From assembly GCA_965279515.1 (NCBI GenBank), contig CBDIID010000003.1, positions 2,144,001-2,208,000 on the forward strand: a stretch of 64,000 bases of DNA. The letters run 5' to 3'. The notes below the pieces were generated by a model that saw only the letters and a list, made by a program, of their open reading frames with translations, did not search any database and was not told the DNA's origin. A program made the translations under genes and the position numbers. Below are positions 8,371 to 17,487 of this stretch, piece after piece. How positions within the stretch are numbered: position 1 is the stretch's first letter; every line of letters starts with the position of its first letter. The stretch comes from Turneriella sp. Lineage in GTDB: Bacteria > Spirochaetota > Leptospiria > Turneriellales > Turneriellaceae.

Positions 8371-10914
8371 CTAGGGATTTACCGTAAACGTGCCATCCAG
8401 ATCATTCGTGGACCAGTTTCCGGCAGCGTCGTAGGCCTTAACACGGATGCGTGTCGTGCCAAGCGGCAAGCTGATTGCTCCTGTATATTCTGTGCCATTG
8501 GTAATCGCGATATGATCGTTGAGGAGGGAGTCCGTGGTCAAAGCACTGCCGTCGTCGGTTAAATAAATTTTATCGCAACTATGTCCCGAACATGTGATCG
8601 TCAGCGATTGCGGATTTGTATATGTACCCGGCGCCGGCGAAAAATTCAGCGTGGGACCGACGTCGTACCGCGCTAATGTAGTATAGATCGAAGCACCCAA
8701 TGCATCGACGAGGTTATAGACACAAACACGGACATCGTTTGATGAGCCTGCCCATGGAAATGCCGTGCTTGCATTCAGGCGCGTTGTCATCGTGCCCGTT
8801 GTAATCGTGCCTGCCCCAAGCCCATCGGATGGTGAATAACTGCCTGCAGCACAAGCGGCGGAACCTGTGCCACAGCCGGTAGGCCCCACGCAGATACGAA
8901 AGGGCAGTCCGGTGCGGCTCGATGTCCAGGTTAAATCGGTATAACGGAAGATGCCGCTGACGCCGACCGCACCACGGCTGCTACCGGAAATTGCAACAGT
9001 GGGAATGTTGCTGTCGACGTTATAACTCACCAAATGGCTCGAACCCTCGCGGTTGCCATAAGGGTCGAAACCCATGAATTTGATCTTCGTAACCTGTTGG
9101 TCAGGTACCGATATGCCGTTGGTGGTATCGTAGAGTGCACCGGTCGTAATCGTATCTGTCATGAAGTCGAAAACGGGCGTAGCCGGATCAGTGGGTGAAG
9201 AAACTCCCGAATTGATCGTAAAGGCAATGCTGCACCCGGTCGGAGCTCCCGTAGTGCAGGATAAATTTACTGTTGTGCCGCTGAAATTGCCCGCCGGCGT
9301 CGTATTGGTCGTCGTCGGTGCGTTATCCCAGCGATAAAATGGTGCATCGACGGAACCCCAGGTGCCGGCAAAATTCTGGCTGCAGACGCGCAGGTTATGT
9401 GTACCTGCAGAAATATCGGTGGCATTCAAAGTTAACGTATTCGATGCCGCAGTCGTACCCGAAGTAATTTGTGTGCCATCAGAGCAGGTTGTCGAATCGC
9501 GGCGGATGCTGTAAGGGGTTCCAACCCGGTTTGACGTCCACGGGATTGTCGCCGTCGTATGCCCGTTGGCACTCAGATAATATGTGGAAACCAGACCGAA
9601 CGTGAGTGTGGGCTGCACACTGTCTACGTTGTAGGTCACTGAATGGATTGCCCCCTCGCGGTTACCATAACGATCAAAGCTCGTGAATTTCACGGTGGTA
9701 ATTTTCTGATCCGGAGCAATAAAGCCACCGACCGGATACGATGTACCTGTTGTAATAGTATCCGCAGCCCCGATCGTCGGATCGGCGGGGGTGCCCGCCG
9801 ATGTGCCGGAGATCGCCGTGTAAGCAATGCTGCAACCACCCGACGAGCCAGAGGAACAAGATAAGGTTACGGTAGTGGGATTCGCCGTATGATTGCCAGC
9901 CGCGAGCGTTTGTACCGAAGTCGGCGGAGTATCCCAGCGCTCAAATGCAGCGCTCACAGAACCCCAGACGCCCACGTAATTTTTGCTGCAGATGCGCAGC
10001 GTGTGTGTGCCGGAGCTTAAATCTGTCGCGTTCAGCGTAAAAGTATTCGAGGCAGCCGTCGTTCCGGAAGCAAAAGGTGTACCGCTTGTGCAATCCGCAA
10101 CATCGAGGCGAACATCGTAGGCAACACCCGGCCTGTCTGTAGTCCAGGTGAAGGTCGACGAGGTATGCCCGGCGGCACTTAAATAATAACCTGAGAATGC
10201 CGGGTCGATGGCCAAAGTGGGATTCACAGAGTCGATGCGATAAAGCCCGCCCTGGGGTGTCGTTTCGGTATTCCCCGCCTTATCGACGCTGAGAAATTTC
10301 ACCGTTTGCTGGCTGGGGTTTGGCAATGAAATAGGCCCGGTATAAAGCAGCCCCGTGATAATTGTACCGTCTGCTGCGACGGCGGGCGTGGAAGCGTCTG
10401 TCGTATAGACGGTTTTGAGGCAGGTATCAGTGCAGGTAAGAACCAGCGACTGGCTCGTGCCATAATCTCCGGGACCAACGCTGGCTGTAGTAATGGGCGG
10501 GGTGTCATCCCTGTGAATCACGACACTGATCGCTAGCGCGGCCCCGGTCGCCGGGGTATAACAGATGACAATCGAATTATCACCCAATTGCAGTGCTGAA
10601 CTATGAAGACGGATAGTTTTTACTTCCCGCGCGGCGACAGAACCGGAGCCACCGGAGGCGAGCTGGACGCCGCTCTGGCAATCTCCGCCGAGACGGGCGA
10701 CATAACTGCCATCATTGGTGGCTAGCCATTCGAGATCCATGTAATTTCCCGCACCGGCGCCTGAAATGTATTGCGGAGGATTCCTGTTCCAGCTCAGCCT
10801 TGCGCGCCGCGGGTCCGTTTCGTTCAGGAAATTAACCATCCCCTTGGAGCAAGAAAGCAAAAACAAACCGGCCAAAAACAGTCCTTTGCCATGCTTCATC
10901 TGCAGAAATCTCAT
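8371..10914 (-). CDS. Large Ig/Fn3-associated (chitobiase C-terminal-like) repeat surface lipoprotein
   Basis: Lipobox LLSC; repeated units with YTTD..P, YTGPI, DKAGN/DRYGN/DPYGN/DAAGN; Thr/Ser/Gly-rich with paired Cys. Confidence 0.85.
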   Translation of the reverse strand: MRFLQMKHGKGLFLAGLFLLSCSKGMVNFLNETDPRRARLSWNRNPPQYISGAGAGNYMDLEWLATNDGSYVARLGGDCQSGVQLASGGSGSVAAREVKTIRLHSSALQLGDNSIVICYTPATGAALAISVVIHRDDTPPITTASVGPGDYGTSQSLVLTCTDTCLKTVYTTDASTPAVAADGTIITGLLYTGPISLPNPSQQTVKFLSVDKAGNTETTPQGGLYRIDSVNPTLAIDPAFSGYYLSAAGHTSSTFTWTTDRPGVAYDVRLDVADCTSGTPFASGTTAASNTFTLNATDLSSGTHTLRICSKNYVGVWGSVSAAFERWDTPPTSVQTLAAGNHTANPTTVTLSCSSGSSGGCSIAYTAISGTSAGTPADPTIGAADTITTGTSYPVGGFIAPDQKITTVKFTSFDRYGNREGAIHSVTYNVDSVQPTLTFGLVSTYYLSANGHTTATIPWTSNRVGTPYSIRRDSTTCSDGTQITSGTTAASNTLTLNATDISAGTHNLRVCSQNFAGTWGSVDAPFYRWDNAPTTTNTTPAGNFSGTTVNLSCTTGAPTGCSIAFTINSGVSSPTDPATPVFDFMTDTITTGALYDTTNGISVPDQQVTKIKFMGFDPYGNREGSSHLVSYNVDSNIPTVAISGSSRGAVGVSGIFRYTDLTWTSSRTGLPFRICVGPTGCGTGSAACAAGSYSPSDGLGAGTITTGTMTTRLNASTAFPWAGSSNDVRVCVYNLVDALGASIYTTLARYDVGPTLNFSPAPGTYTNPQSLTITCSGHSCDKIYLTDDGSALTTDSLLNDHIAITNGTEYTGAISLPLGTTRIRVKAYDAAGNWSTNDLDGTFTVNP

Positions 10915-10980
10915 TTGCGCTCCCTATGGTTGCGGCTCCGGATCCATTGACCTGCAGCTCTTACCATGTGCATAGTTCGT

Positions 10981-11007
10981 GAAGGTTTTCAAAAAAAAGC
11001 AACCTTC
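10981..11007. promoter_or_regulatory. Candidate operator in divergent promoter region
   Basis: GAAGGTT-N13-AACCTTC perfect inverted repeat between divergent starts 10914 and 11092. Confidence 0.35.
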
Positions 11008-11091
11008 TGGAAAAAAAATGTTGGGTTGTTGCAAAATCTGTCACGATACAACATACGCAGTCGTCAAAAGATTGCATGTAAAGGAGAGCGG

Positions 11092-11484
11092 ATGGAACTT
11101 GCTGAAAAAATCGCCAGTACAGGCTACGATGCGTCGGCGGAATTTAATATTCGTATGACTCGAGACGAGGATGTCAATATCATTGGTTTGTTCGGAGTCC
11201 TGAATATTTACACCAGCCACGAGCTCAAGAATGAACTTTTTGAACTGGCTGAGAATCGGGACACTAAGATCGTCCTTGATTTTGCCCATCTCGCTGGCAT
11301 CGACTCTGCCGGCATCGGATCGATTATTTCGGCGATGCACCGGATGCGGCGCATTCCGGGCGCTAAATTAATTGTATGTAATCTTACAGGCAATGTCGAA
11401 AAGCTCTTTATCGTTACGCGTATCATTTCACTCTTCACCGTGGTGCGCGGTGTGACCGAAGCATTAGAATTGATGCGCGATTGA
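11092..11484 (+). CDS. STAS-domain anti-sigma factor antagonist (SpoIIAA/RsbV-like)
   Basis: AAGGAG RBS; IVLDFAHLAGIDSAGIG with conserved phospho-Ser. Confidence 0.9.
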   Translation: MELAEKIASTGYDASAEFNIRMTRDEDVNIIGLFGVLNIYTSHELKNELFELAENRDTKIVLDFAHLAGIDSAGIGSIISAMHRMRRIPGAKLIVCNLTGNVEKLFIVTRIISLFTVVRGVTEALELMRD

Positions 11485-11490
11485 CGCTTT

Positions 11491-12129
11491 ATGGCAGTTA
11501 TCGGCAGTAGTGTGGGCGACGAGTTAGGCGCGGATTTTTTCCGTGAGGAGGACGTTCCCGCACCTGACTTCGAAGCCATGCACGACGCCCGACAGCGTAC
11601 TTTTCTCGCCTTTTACGGCAAATATGCGCCCAAAGCATACGCTTATGTTCGGTCGCGCAGTTTTGCCGATGAAACCGCCGACGATATTGTCCAGAAAGTC
11701 TTTGAGATTGCCTGGCGGCGCTTCGATGAAGTAGCCTCACACCCGGCTCCCGATCTCTGGATACTGCGCATCACAGAGAACACCTGTCGCTACGAACAAC
11801 GAAAATTCTGGCGGCGGCAGGAAGTCCTCATGGCCTCGAGCGCTGACATCGACAAAATGAATGTCGGAGACCTGGAAAAGGCCCGTTACCTGGAATCTCC
11901 TCTCGAGCGCCGGGCGATCGAAAATGAACTTTACCTGGCCCTGGAAAAATTTGTAAATAAGCTTCCCAAAAAGCAAAAAGAAGTCTTTCAGATGCGCATG
12001 AATGGCATCACCTATGAAGAAATCGGCTATGCCCTGCGCATCAGCGCAGAGGCGGCCCGGCGACGCATGCTCAGGGCCATTGAATCAGGTAAGCAGCTGT
12101 TTGGCGAATTTGTTGAACTTTTGGGCTAA
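11491..12129 (+). CDS. ECF RNA polymerase sigma factor
   Basis: Region 2 ADDIVQKVFEIAWRR..WILRITEN; region 4 LPKKQKEVFQMRMNGITYEEIG. Confidence 0.9.
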   Translation: MAVIGSSVGDELGADFFREEDVPAPDFEAMHDARQRTFLAFYGKYAPKAYAYVRSRSFADETADDIVQKVFEIAWRRFDEVASHPAPDLWILRITENTCRYEQRKFWRRQEVLMASSADIDKMNVGDLEKARYLESPLERRAIENELYLALEKFVNKLPKKQKEVFQMRMNGITYEEIGYALRISAEAARRRMLRAIESGKQLFGEFVELLG

Positions 12130-12203
12130 ACGCGCCCTGGATTACTGCTATTTTTTTTTAATTCCAAGGTTGGTTTTTCCCCGGTCTGACCACGTTATCA
12201 TGC

Positions 12204-13565
12204 ATGATGCCGTTTCGCCTGCGCGAAATATTACCCTACCACGACCGGCAGAGCCTGGAATTCCGCGGTCAATTCGTCATCTTTGCACGCCTCGTGCCGG
12301 TATTAGGGCTGATTCTGTTTGTTCTGTTCGGTGCTGTTTTGCGCCCCTTTGAAACTGAGGCGCAGGCAGCGGCTACACATGCATTGCGCTATTACCTTGT
12401 TTTGCCCTATTTTGTGTTCGTGATGCTTTTGGGCATGCACCGGCGTTACCGGCGCTTTTATCCGCCCCTGATCTGGGTGGGGGTTTTACTGCAGGGCGTT
12501 TGCACATTGGCCATGCTGCGGGTTTTTGATCCGGATTCCACTGCCTTTATTTTCTATTTTTTCGGCTTTGTCATGAGTTTTGTCGGGGCCTTTACCCTTA
12601 CGGGATTGTCCCTTTTCGGCGCCGTCTCGGTATCGGCGCTGCTATTCTGTCTCTTTGAAGGCCTGATTCTCTTCAAGTTAACGGTGCGGGACTCTTTCAG
12701 AAATGTGCTGCACCTGTTTATCTTCATGTTTTTGGGATTCGGGTTTATTTCGGCCTACCTCGTTAGACGTTCGATGAAAAAAGTTTTTGCTGCGCGGCGG
12801 GAGTTGCGCATCGAACGCACAAAAAGTACCCGTATGGCCCGGACTCTGCTCAATGTGCCCGTGCGCCTGCAATCGGCTTTGCTGCCGGCGATTCCTTCGC
12901 TGCCCGGCGCGGAAGCCGATTACTTTTGCGCCCCTGCAGAAGATGTGGGGGGAGATTACGTTGATATTATTTCCGCTGCTGACGCGCATTGGCTGGTTAT
13001 CGGTGACGTCAGCGGTAAAGGACTCACCGCAGGGCTGATTATGGTCATGACGCAGGCAAGCATTCACACGGCCGTCACAATGCTGCCGGACGCCAGCCCG
13101 GCCCGTATACTGGAATGCGTCAACCGCACCTTAACCCATAATATTGCGCAGATGGATCGCGATTTAAGTAAGTATGTCACGCTATCCCTGCTGCGTCTCG
13201 AACAAGATTGGCGGATTGCGCATTCGGGATTACACCAGGATATAGTTGTTTATCGCAAGAGCGGGGATTACCTGGAATTTATTCCGAGCATCGGATCCTG
13301 GTTAGGGCTACCGCAATGGCAGGGCGCATTCGGCGACGGTTACACGCGCCTGGAAGCGGGCGATATCCTTTTTCTCTACACCGATGGCCTGACGGAGATT
13401 TTTAAAGAAAATGTGGGCAACGATTCTGCAGGGCGTCTGTTTTCGATATTACGCAAATACGCACACGCACAGCTGGGCGAAATAAAAGAAAAGATCATTC
13501 TCGAAATGGACCTGAAGAATGCCGGCGACGATGCGGCCTTTATTTTGCTACGGAGAACCGCATGA
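12204..13565 (+). CDS. Membrane-bound PP2C/SpoIIE serine phosphatase (SiaA-like role)
   Basis: ~6 N-terminal TM helices; GGDYVD, IGDVSGKG, LYTDGLTE, GDDAAF motifs. Confidence 0.9.
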   Translation: MMPFRLREILPYHDRQSLEFRGQFVIFARLVPVLGLILFVLFGAVLRPFETEAQAAATHALRYYLVLPYFVFVMLLGMHRRYRRFYPPLIWVGVLLQGVCTLAMLRVFDPDSTAFIFYFFGFVMSFVGAFTLTGLSLFGAVSVSALLFCLFEGLILFKLTVRDSFRNVLHLFIFMFLGFGFISAYLVRRSMKKVFAARRELRIERTKSTRMARTLLNVPVRLQSALLPAIPSLPGAEADYFCAPAEDVGGDYVDIISAADAHWLVIGDVSGKGLTAGLIMVMTQASIHTAVTMLPDASPARILECVNRTLTHNIAQMDRDLSKYVTLSLLRLEQDWRIAHSGLHQDIVVYRKSGDYLEFIPSIGSWLGLPQWQGAFGDGYTRLEAGDILFLYTDGLTEIFKENVGNDSAGRLFSILRKYAHAQLGEIKEKIILEMDLKNAGDDAAFILLRRTA

Positions 13566-14080
13566 CGGTAAAAAGCCAGGGAATGATTCTGCTGCACAAT
13601 CTTGACCTCGTTGCGGATGTCGATCCGGAATACGAAAAATTGCATGAACTCGTGGAATCGCTGACGGGTGTTTATGGAAATCACGAAGTCAACGAAGGCG
13701 TACAACTGACACTCTATGAGCTCCTTGAAAATGCCATCAAATACTCCACGGCGCATCCCCCGGGAAAAATCCGTTTCTCTTTTAGCGTAAACCATGTGCA
13801 TGCCTGTGTCATGATCCGTAACCGCTGTATTTCGCTCGAAAACATCAGGGCATTGACACGCACCATAGATGAGATCAACCTCACGGATGGTGATGCATTG
13901 TACGAATCCCGGATGCGTGATTTATTTGAAGATCCCTATCAGGATAGGGTGCGGCTGGGCCTATTGCGCATCGTTGTCGAGGCCGGTTTTTCGCTGCAAT
14001 ATATTAAAACACGAAATTTTATCGAAGTAATAGCAACGAGAAAACTTGGAAAAAGGAAGGAAAATGCGGCAATTAGTTAA
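13562..14080 (+). CDS. SiaB/RsbW-like GHKL serine kinase
   Basis: ELLENAIKY N-box and LGLLRI G-box-like motif; lies between PP2C and SiaC-like gene. Confidence 0.7.
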   Translation: MTVKSQGMILLHNLDLVADVDPEYEKLHELVESLTGVYGNHEVNEGVQLTLYELLENAIKYSTAHPPGKIRFSFSVNHVHACVMIRNRCISLENIRALTRTIDEINLTDGDALYESRMRDLFEDPYQDRVRLGLLRIVVEAGFSLQYIKTRNFIEVIATRKLGKRKENAAIS

Positions 14081-14450
14081 GAATACCCACACAAAAGGAC
14101 TGCTGAAGTTGCACGAAAGCTGCGATGGTGAGACACTGACACTGGCATGGGAAGGAAAATCAGTGGATAAAAATCCAGGTGAATTTTTAAATCCTCTCTT
14201 ATTAAAAATTACCGAAGAGCCAGGGCTCGCCCGCGTCATTGTAGACCTGACCGAACTGGCGCAGATGAACTCTTCATCGATGCCATCGCTGATCATATTC
14301 ATGAAAAACCTGGAACGCAAGGGTATCGCCGCTGAGTTTTATTATTCGGCGGATTCGGAGTGGCAACGCATTGCCTTTCAAATGCTTGCAAATCTTGCAA
14401 AAACCATACCGAGCATCCGTGTCTTGACGGCGGCAAAAACAGCTGGATAG
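14064..14450 (+). CDS. SiaC-like (STAS-fold) phospho-acceptor protein
   Basis: LAWEGKS..NPGEFLNP, VDLTELAQMNSSS, YY....WQ pattern; AGGA RBS. Confidence 0.7.
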   Translation: MRQLVKNTHTKGLLKLHESCDGETLTLAWEGKSVDKNPGEFLNPLLLKITEEPGLARVIVDLTELAQMNSSSMPSLIIFMKNLERKGIAAEFYYSADSEWQRIAFQMLANLAKTIPSIRVLTAAKTAG

Positions 14451-14474
14451 ACTGAATATTTTGCGGGGGAAAAT

Positions 14475-15425
14475 ATGAGCAGAAAAAATGACCCGCGGGA
14501 CGCGGAAAAACAAAAAGCCTATATGGAAAAGATGCGCGCCTGGGACGCGCGGGACGAGGAAAATCAACAGGGCCCCACCAAAGATAATTTTTTATCGGCA
14601 TGGACAGCCAGTGTCGCACGTTTTCGCGCGACGCATTTCGGCTACCGGCCGCGACCGTTTCTATTTCCTGAGGAAAAGGCAAGGAAGGCACCGGTTTCTC
14701 TCTGGAGTAACAATTTGTTCCGGATTCCCCTCGCCGGATCTTTCGCGCTGGCGGCAGTATTGCTTGTGATTTTTTTATTTCCGAATCCAAACCCACAGGT
14801 GCCCTCGGAAACGGGTAAGGCCCTTACCGCGGGAAATTTTCCGCGAATCGGTGGATCGTTATTTCCGGGGAAATCCCTCATTTCGTTGGGCGATAAACGC
14901 ACCTTGCGCGTCACCCGGGGAGCATTGGTCGTCGTGGATGCACAACCCGGTGCAGTGCCTACGCTCGATCTCATGGGTAATGTAGTCCAAGGGGATTTTG
15001 ACCTGCGCGGCAAGACAAACCTAATTGTGCGTAATGCTTATATCCGGGTCGTTGTTACCGGCACCGCGTTCGGCATCGATTGGGCGGGTGAAACCGGAAA
15101 GGTTACTCTGCGGCGGGGCTCTGTGACCGTTGAACACAACAATGGCCAGCAATTACGCCTGAAACCGGGAGCTGAACTCAAGTATACTAAAGAGGGGATG
15201 CGCATAGCATCGGCGGGACCGCCTGCTCTTGCCCCGCCTGACAACAGGTTCATATTCAATATGAAGTCCGGGGAAATTCTCAAAGGGGTTCTGCTGAGGG
15301 AGAATGCGGAAAAGATTACGGTATTGAATGACGAAGGAAAAACTGTCGTGCTGCAGAAATCAGAAATCGATGATCGTATTCGGGAATCAGCAATCGTGAA
15401 GAAGGATCAGGACCATGAAGAATAA
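14475..15425 (+). CDS. FecR-domain transmembrane anti-sigma/sensor
   Basis: Single TM (FALAAVLLVIFLF), VVVTGTAFGI..VTLRRGSVTV..LKPG FecR motif, C-terminal extra module. Confidence 0.8.
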   Translation: MSRKNDPRDAEKQKAYMEKMRAWDARDEENQQGPTKDNFLSAWTASVARFRATHFGYRPRPFLFPEEKARKAPVSLWSNNLFRIPLAGSFALAAVLLVIFLFPNPNPQVPSETGKALTAGNFPRIGGSLFPGKSLISLGDKRTLRVTRGALVVVDAQPGAVPTLDLMGNVVQGDFDLRGKTNLIVRNAYIRVVVTGTAFGIDWAGETGKVTLRRGSVTVEHNNGQQLRLKPGAELKYTKEGMRIASAGPPALAPPDNRFIFNMKSGEILKGVLLRENAEKITVLNDEGKTVVLQKSEIDDRIRESAIVKKDQDHEE

Positions 15426-17487
15426 AATCCGCGTTTCCCTGGTTACAAAAATCTCCCTGCTGTTTTTCTCCCTGACCCTGCTGAATGTCTTGTTTTTCTG
15501 GATTTCAAGCGGCTCAAATCAACTCCGCCTTATTGCCGAGAAAGCAACAGCCGAAGCCCAGTCACAGGTCACGGAAATCAAAAAAAACATAGAACGCATC
15601 AACGGAAGCATTTTGGCCGGCACAAACACAGCGCAGTACGCCATTTCCATAAACAATGCCCTCGAAATGGCCGCACGGGATAAACAAAACAAAAGCGGCA
15701 CCTGGCCGGATTTCCAGTTGGTATCCGCCGGCGGTCGCGTTTTGATATCCTGGCCTAAAAAAAATATAACAGAGAGCGTGCTGAAGCCTGAGACCCTGAA
15801 GGCGGCGATTCGGGCAATTCAGCTTCGGGAATTCAGCAACACACAATTTTACGGCGAACCCGATGTATTACATTATTCCGTGAATGCCTTCATTCCGGTT
15901 TTTAACGCCGCAGATAGTGAAGTTGTCCTGGTAACAAAACTGAGCGTGATGAAAATCCGCGATGAACTCGACCTGTTACTGCGTTCGGCATTGGGAATTG
16001 TGGTGCTGCTCACGGTTTTACAGATTCTTGTGGGCGTAGTGATTTACAGAAAACTGCTGCGTCCCATTCTTGCGGTCACCCGTGCATCTGTTGAGCTCGG
16101 CGGAGGTAAGCACGTCGAAATCGAGCGTTATGCGAAAAACAACGACGAACTTGGAATCCTGGTACGCACATTTAACCAAATGAGCGTGAATATCCGCGAT
16201 CAGAAAACAGAACTGGAGAAGAATTATAAAGACCTGAAAAAGAAGAGCGATATGATGAACTTTGAACTGAATATCGCCCAGAAGATACAGGCGGCCATTT
16301 TACCGAAGGATTTCAAACCGGGAGGAATGCTCGTCGAAGCCGAGTATAATCCGCTCTATGGTGTCTCGGGAGACTATTTTGACTGGTTTCAATTCCGCGA
16401 TGGCAGCACCGGTTTTATCATCTGCGATGCCAGCGGCCATGGAGTACCCGCAGCGCTCTTAACGATTATGGCGAAATCCTATTTTTCTTCGTTTGCTGAG
16501 AGCTACGAAGACCCAGCGGCGCTCCTGCGCTCAGCAAACGCCGATATCGCCCGTGCCCTGGATGGCGGGGGGCACTACCTAACTGCTTTCTATGCGCGTA
16601 TTTATCCTGATGGCACTCTCAAATACGCCAATGCAACACACCCCTTGCCATTTGTTTTCGACGAAACGACGGGAAATGTCACCTCACTGGAAGCTCCCGG
16701 ATTTTATATCGGTTTGTTGCAAGACCTGCCCATGGATTTCGAGACCCGAGAACTGAAGCTGACGGCAAAACAGAAACTGGTCTTTTATACCGACGGTATC
16801 ACCGAGGCCATCAATGAGGCAGGAGACATGTTCGGTGACGACCGACTGAAAGCGATTGTTGCCGAATGCGGGGCTTTGCCACCGGCCGAACTGAAACAAA
16901 CGATACTAAAGGATCTTCAAACCTTCTGCGGAACTACGGCGCTGCGCGATGACGTAACCCTGGTTGTCATAGAGGTTGGTGAGGTTTTATCGGGTGCTCA
17001 CCGTGGACAAAACCTGAAAGAGGCTATTGAATCCTATCGCAGTTTTGACTTCACCAAAGCAATTGATATTTTCAATACTCTCCGTGCAGACAGTCCCGAA
17101 TTGATGACCGGGGCGGCATTGTCATACTTTGCCGACACCTATTTTAAGCTTAAACAATTCAGCAAAGCGCTGCCATTATTCAAAGAATACCTCGAGCGTT
17201 ACGGAGAAAGGGATGTAGTCCTCATGAAAATCGGGACCTGCCTGATGAAAGAGCGGCAATTCGACACGGCGCTGATGTACTTCCAGAGAGCCACGGATCT
17301 CGACAAGAATTTTGCCGAGGCATACGCCGGGGTTGCCGCATGTTTGATGCGCCTTGGTCGTACCGAAGAAGCCCTGAACTCTGTGCAAACCGCCCTGGCA
17401 TTAAAACCCGATGCTCCGCGCTTTCAAAAACTGCGCGACAAAATCGCCGCGGCTGCAAACGGAGATAAGGAGTTAGCTCTTGCCTGA
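15415..17487 (+). CDS. Periplasmic sensor-HAMP-PP2C/SpoIIE-TPR phosphatase
   Basis: Two TMs, DELGILVRTFNQM HAMP, SGDYFD, CDASGHG, YTDGITEA, RDDVT; C-terminal TPRs. Confidence 0.92.
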   Translation: MKNKIRVSLVTKISLLFFSLTLLNVLFFWISSGSNQLRLIAEKATAEAQSQVTEIKKNIERINGSILAGTNTAQYAISINNALEMAARDKQNKSGTWPDFQLVSAGGRVLISWPKKNITESVLKPETLKAAIRAIQLREFSNTQFYGEPDVLHYSVNAFIPVFNAADSEVVLVTKLSVMKIRDELDLLLRSALGIVVLLTVLQILVGVVIYRKLLRPILAVTRASVELGGGKHVEIERYAKNNDELGILVRTFNQMSVNIRDQKTELEKNYKDLKKKSDMMNFELNIAQKIQAAILPKDFKPGGMLVEAEYNPLYGVSGDYFDWFQFRDGSTGFIICDASGHGVPAALLTIMAKSYFSSFAESYEDPAALLRSANADIARALDGGGHYLTAFYARIYPDGTLKYANATHPLPFVFDETTGNVTSLEAPGFYIGLLQDLPMDFETRELKLTAKQKLVFYTDGITEAINEAGDMFGDDRLKAIVAECGALPPAELKQTILKDLQTFCGTTALRDDVTLVVIEVGEVLSGAHRGQNLKEAIESYRSFDFTKAIDIFNTLRADSPELMTGAALSYFADTYFKLKQFSKALPLFKEYLERYGERDVVLMKIGTCLMKERQFDTALMYFQRATDLDKNFAEAYAGVAACLMRLGRTEEALNSVQTALALKPDAPRFQKLRDKIAAAANGDKELALA

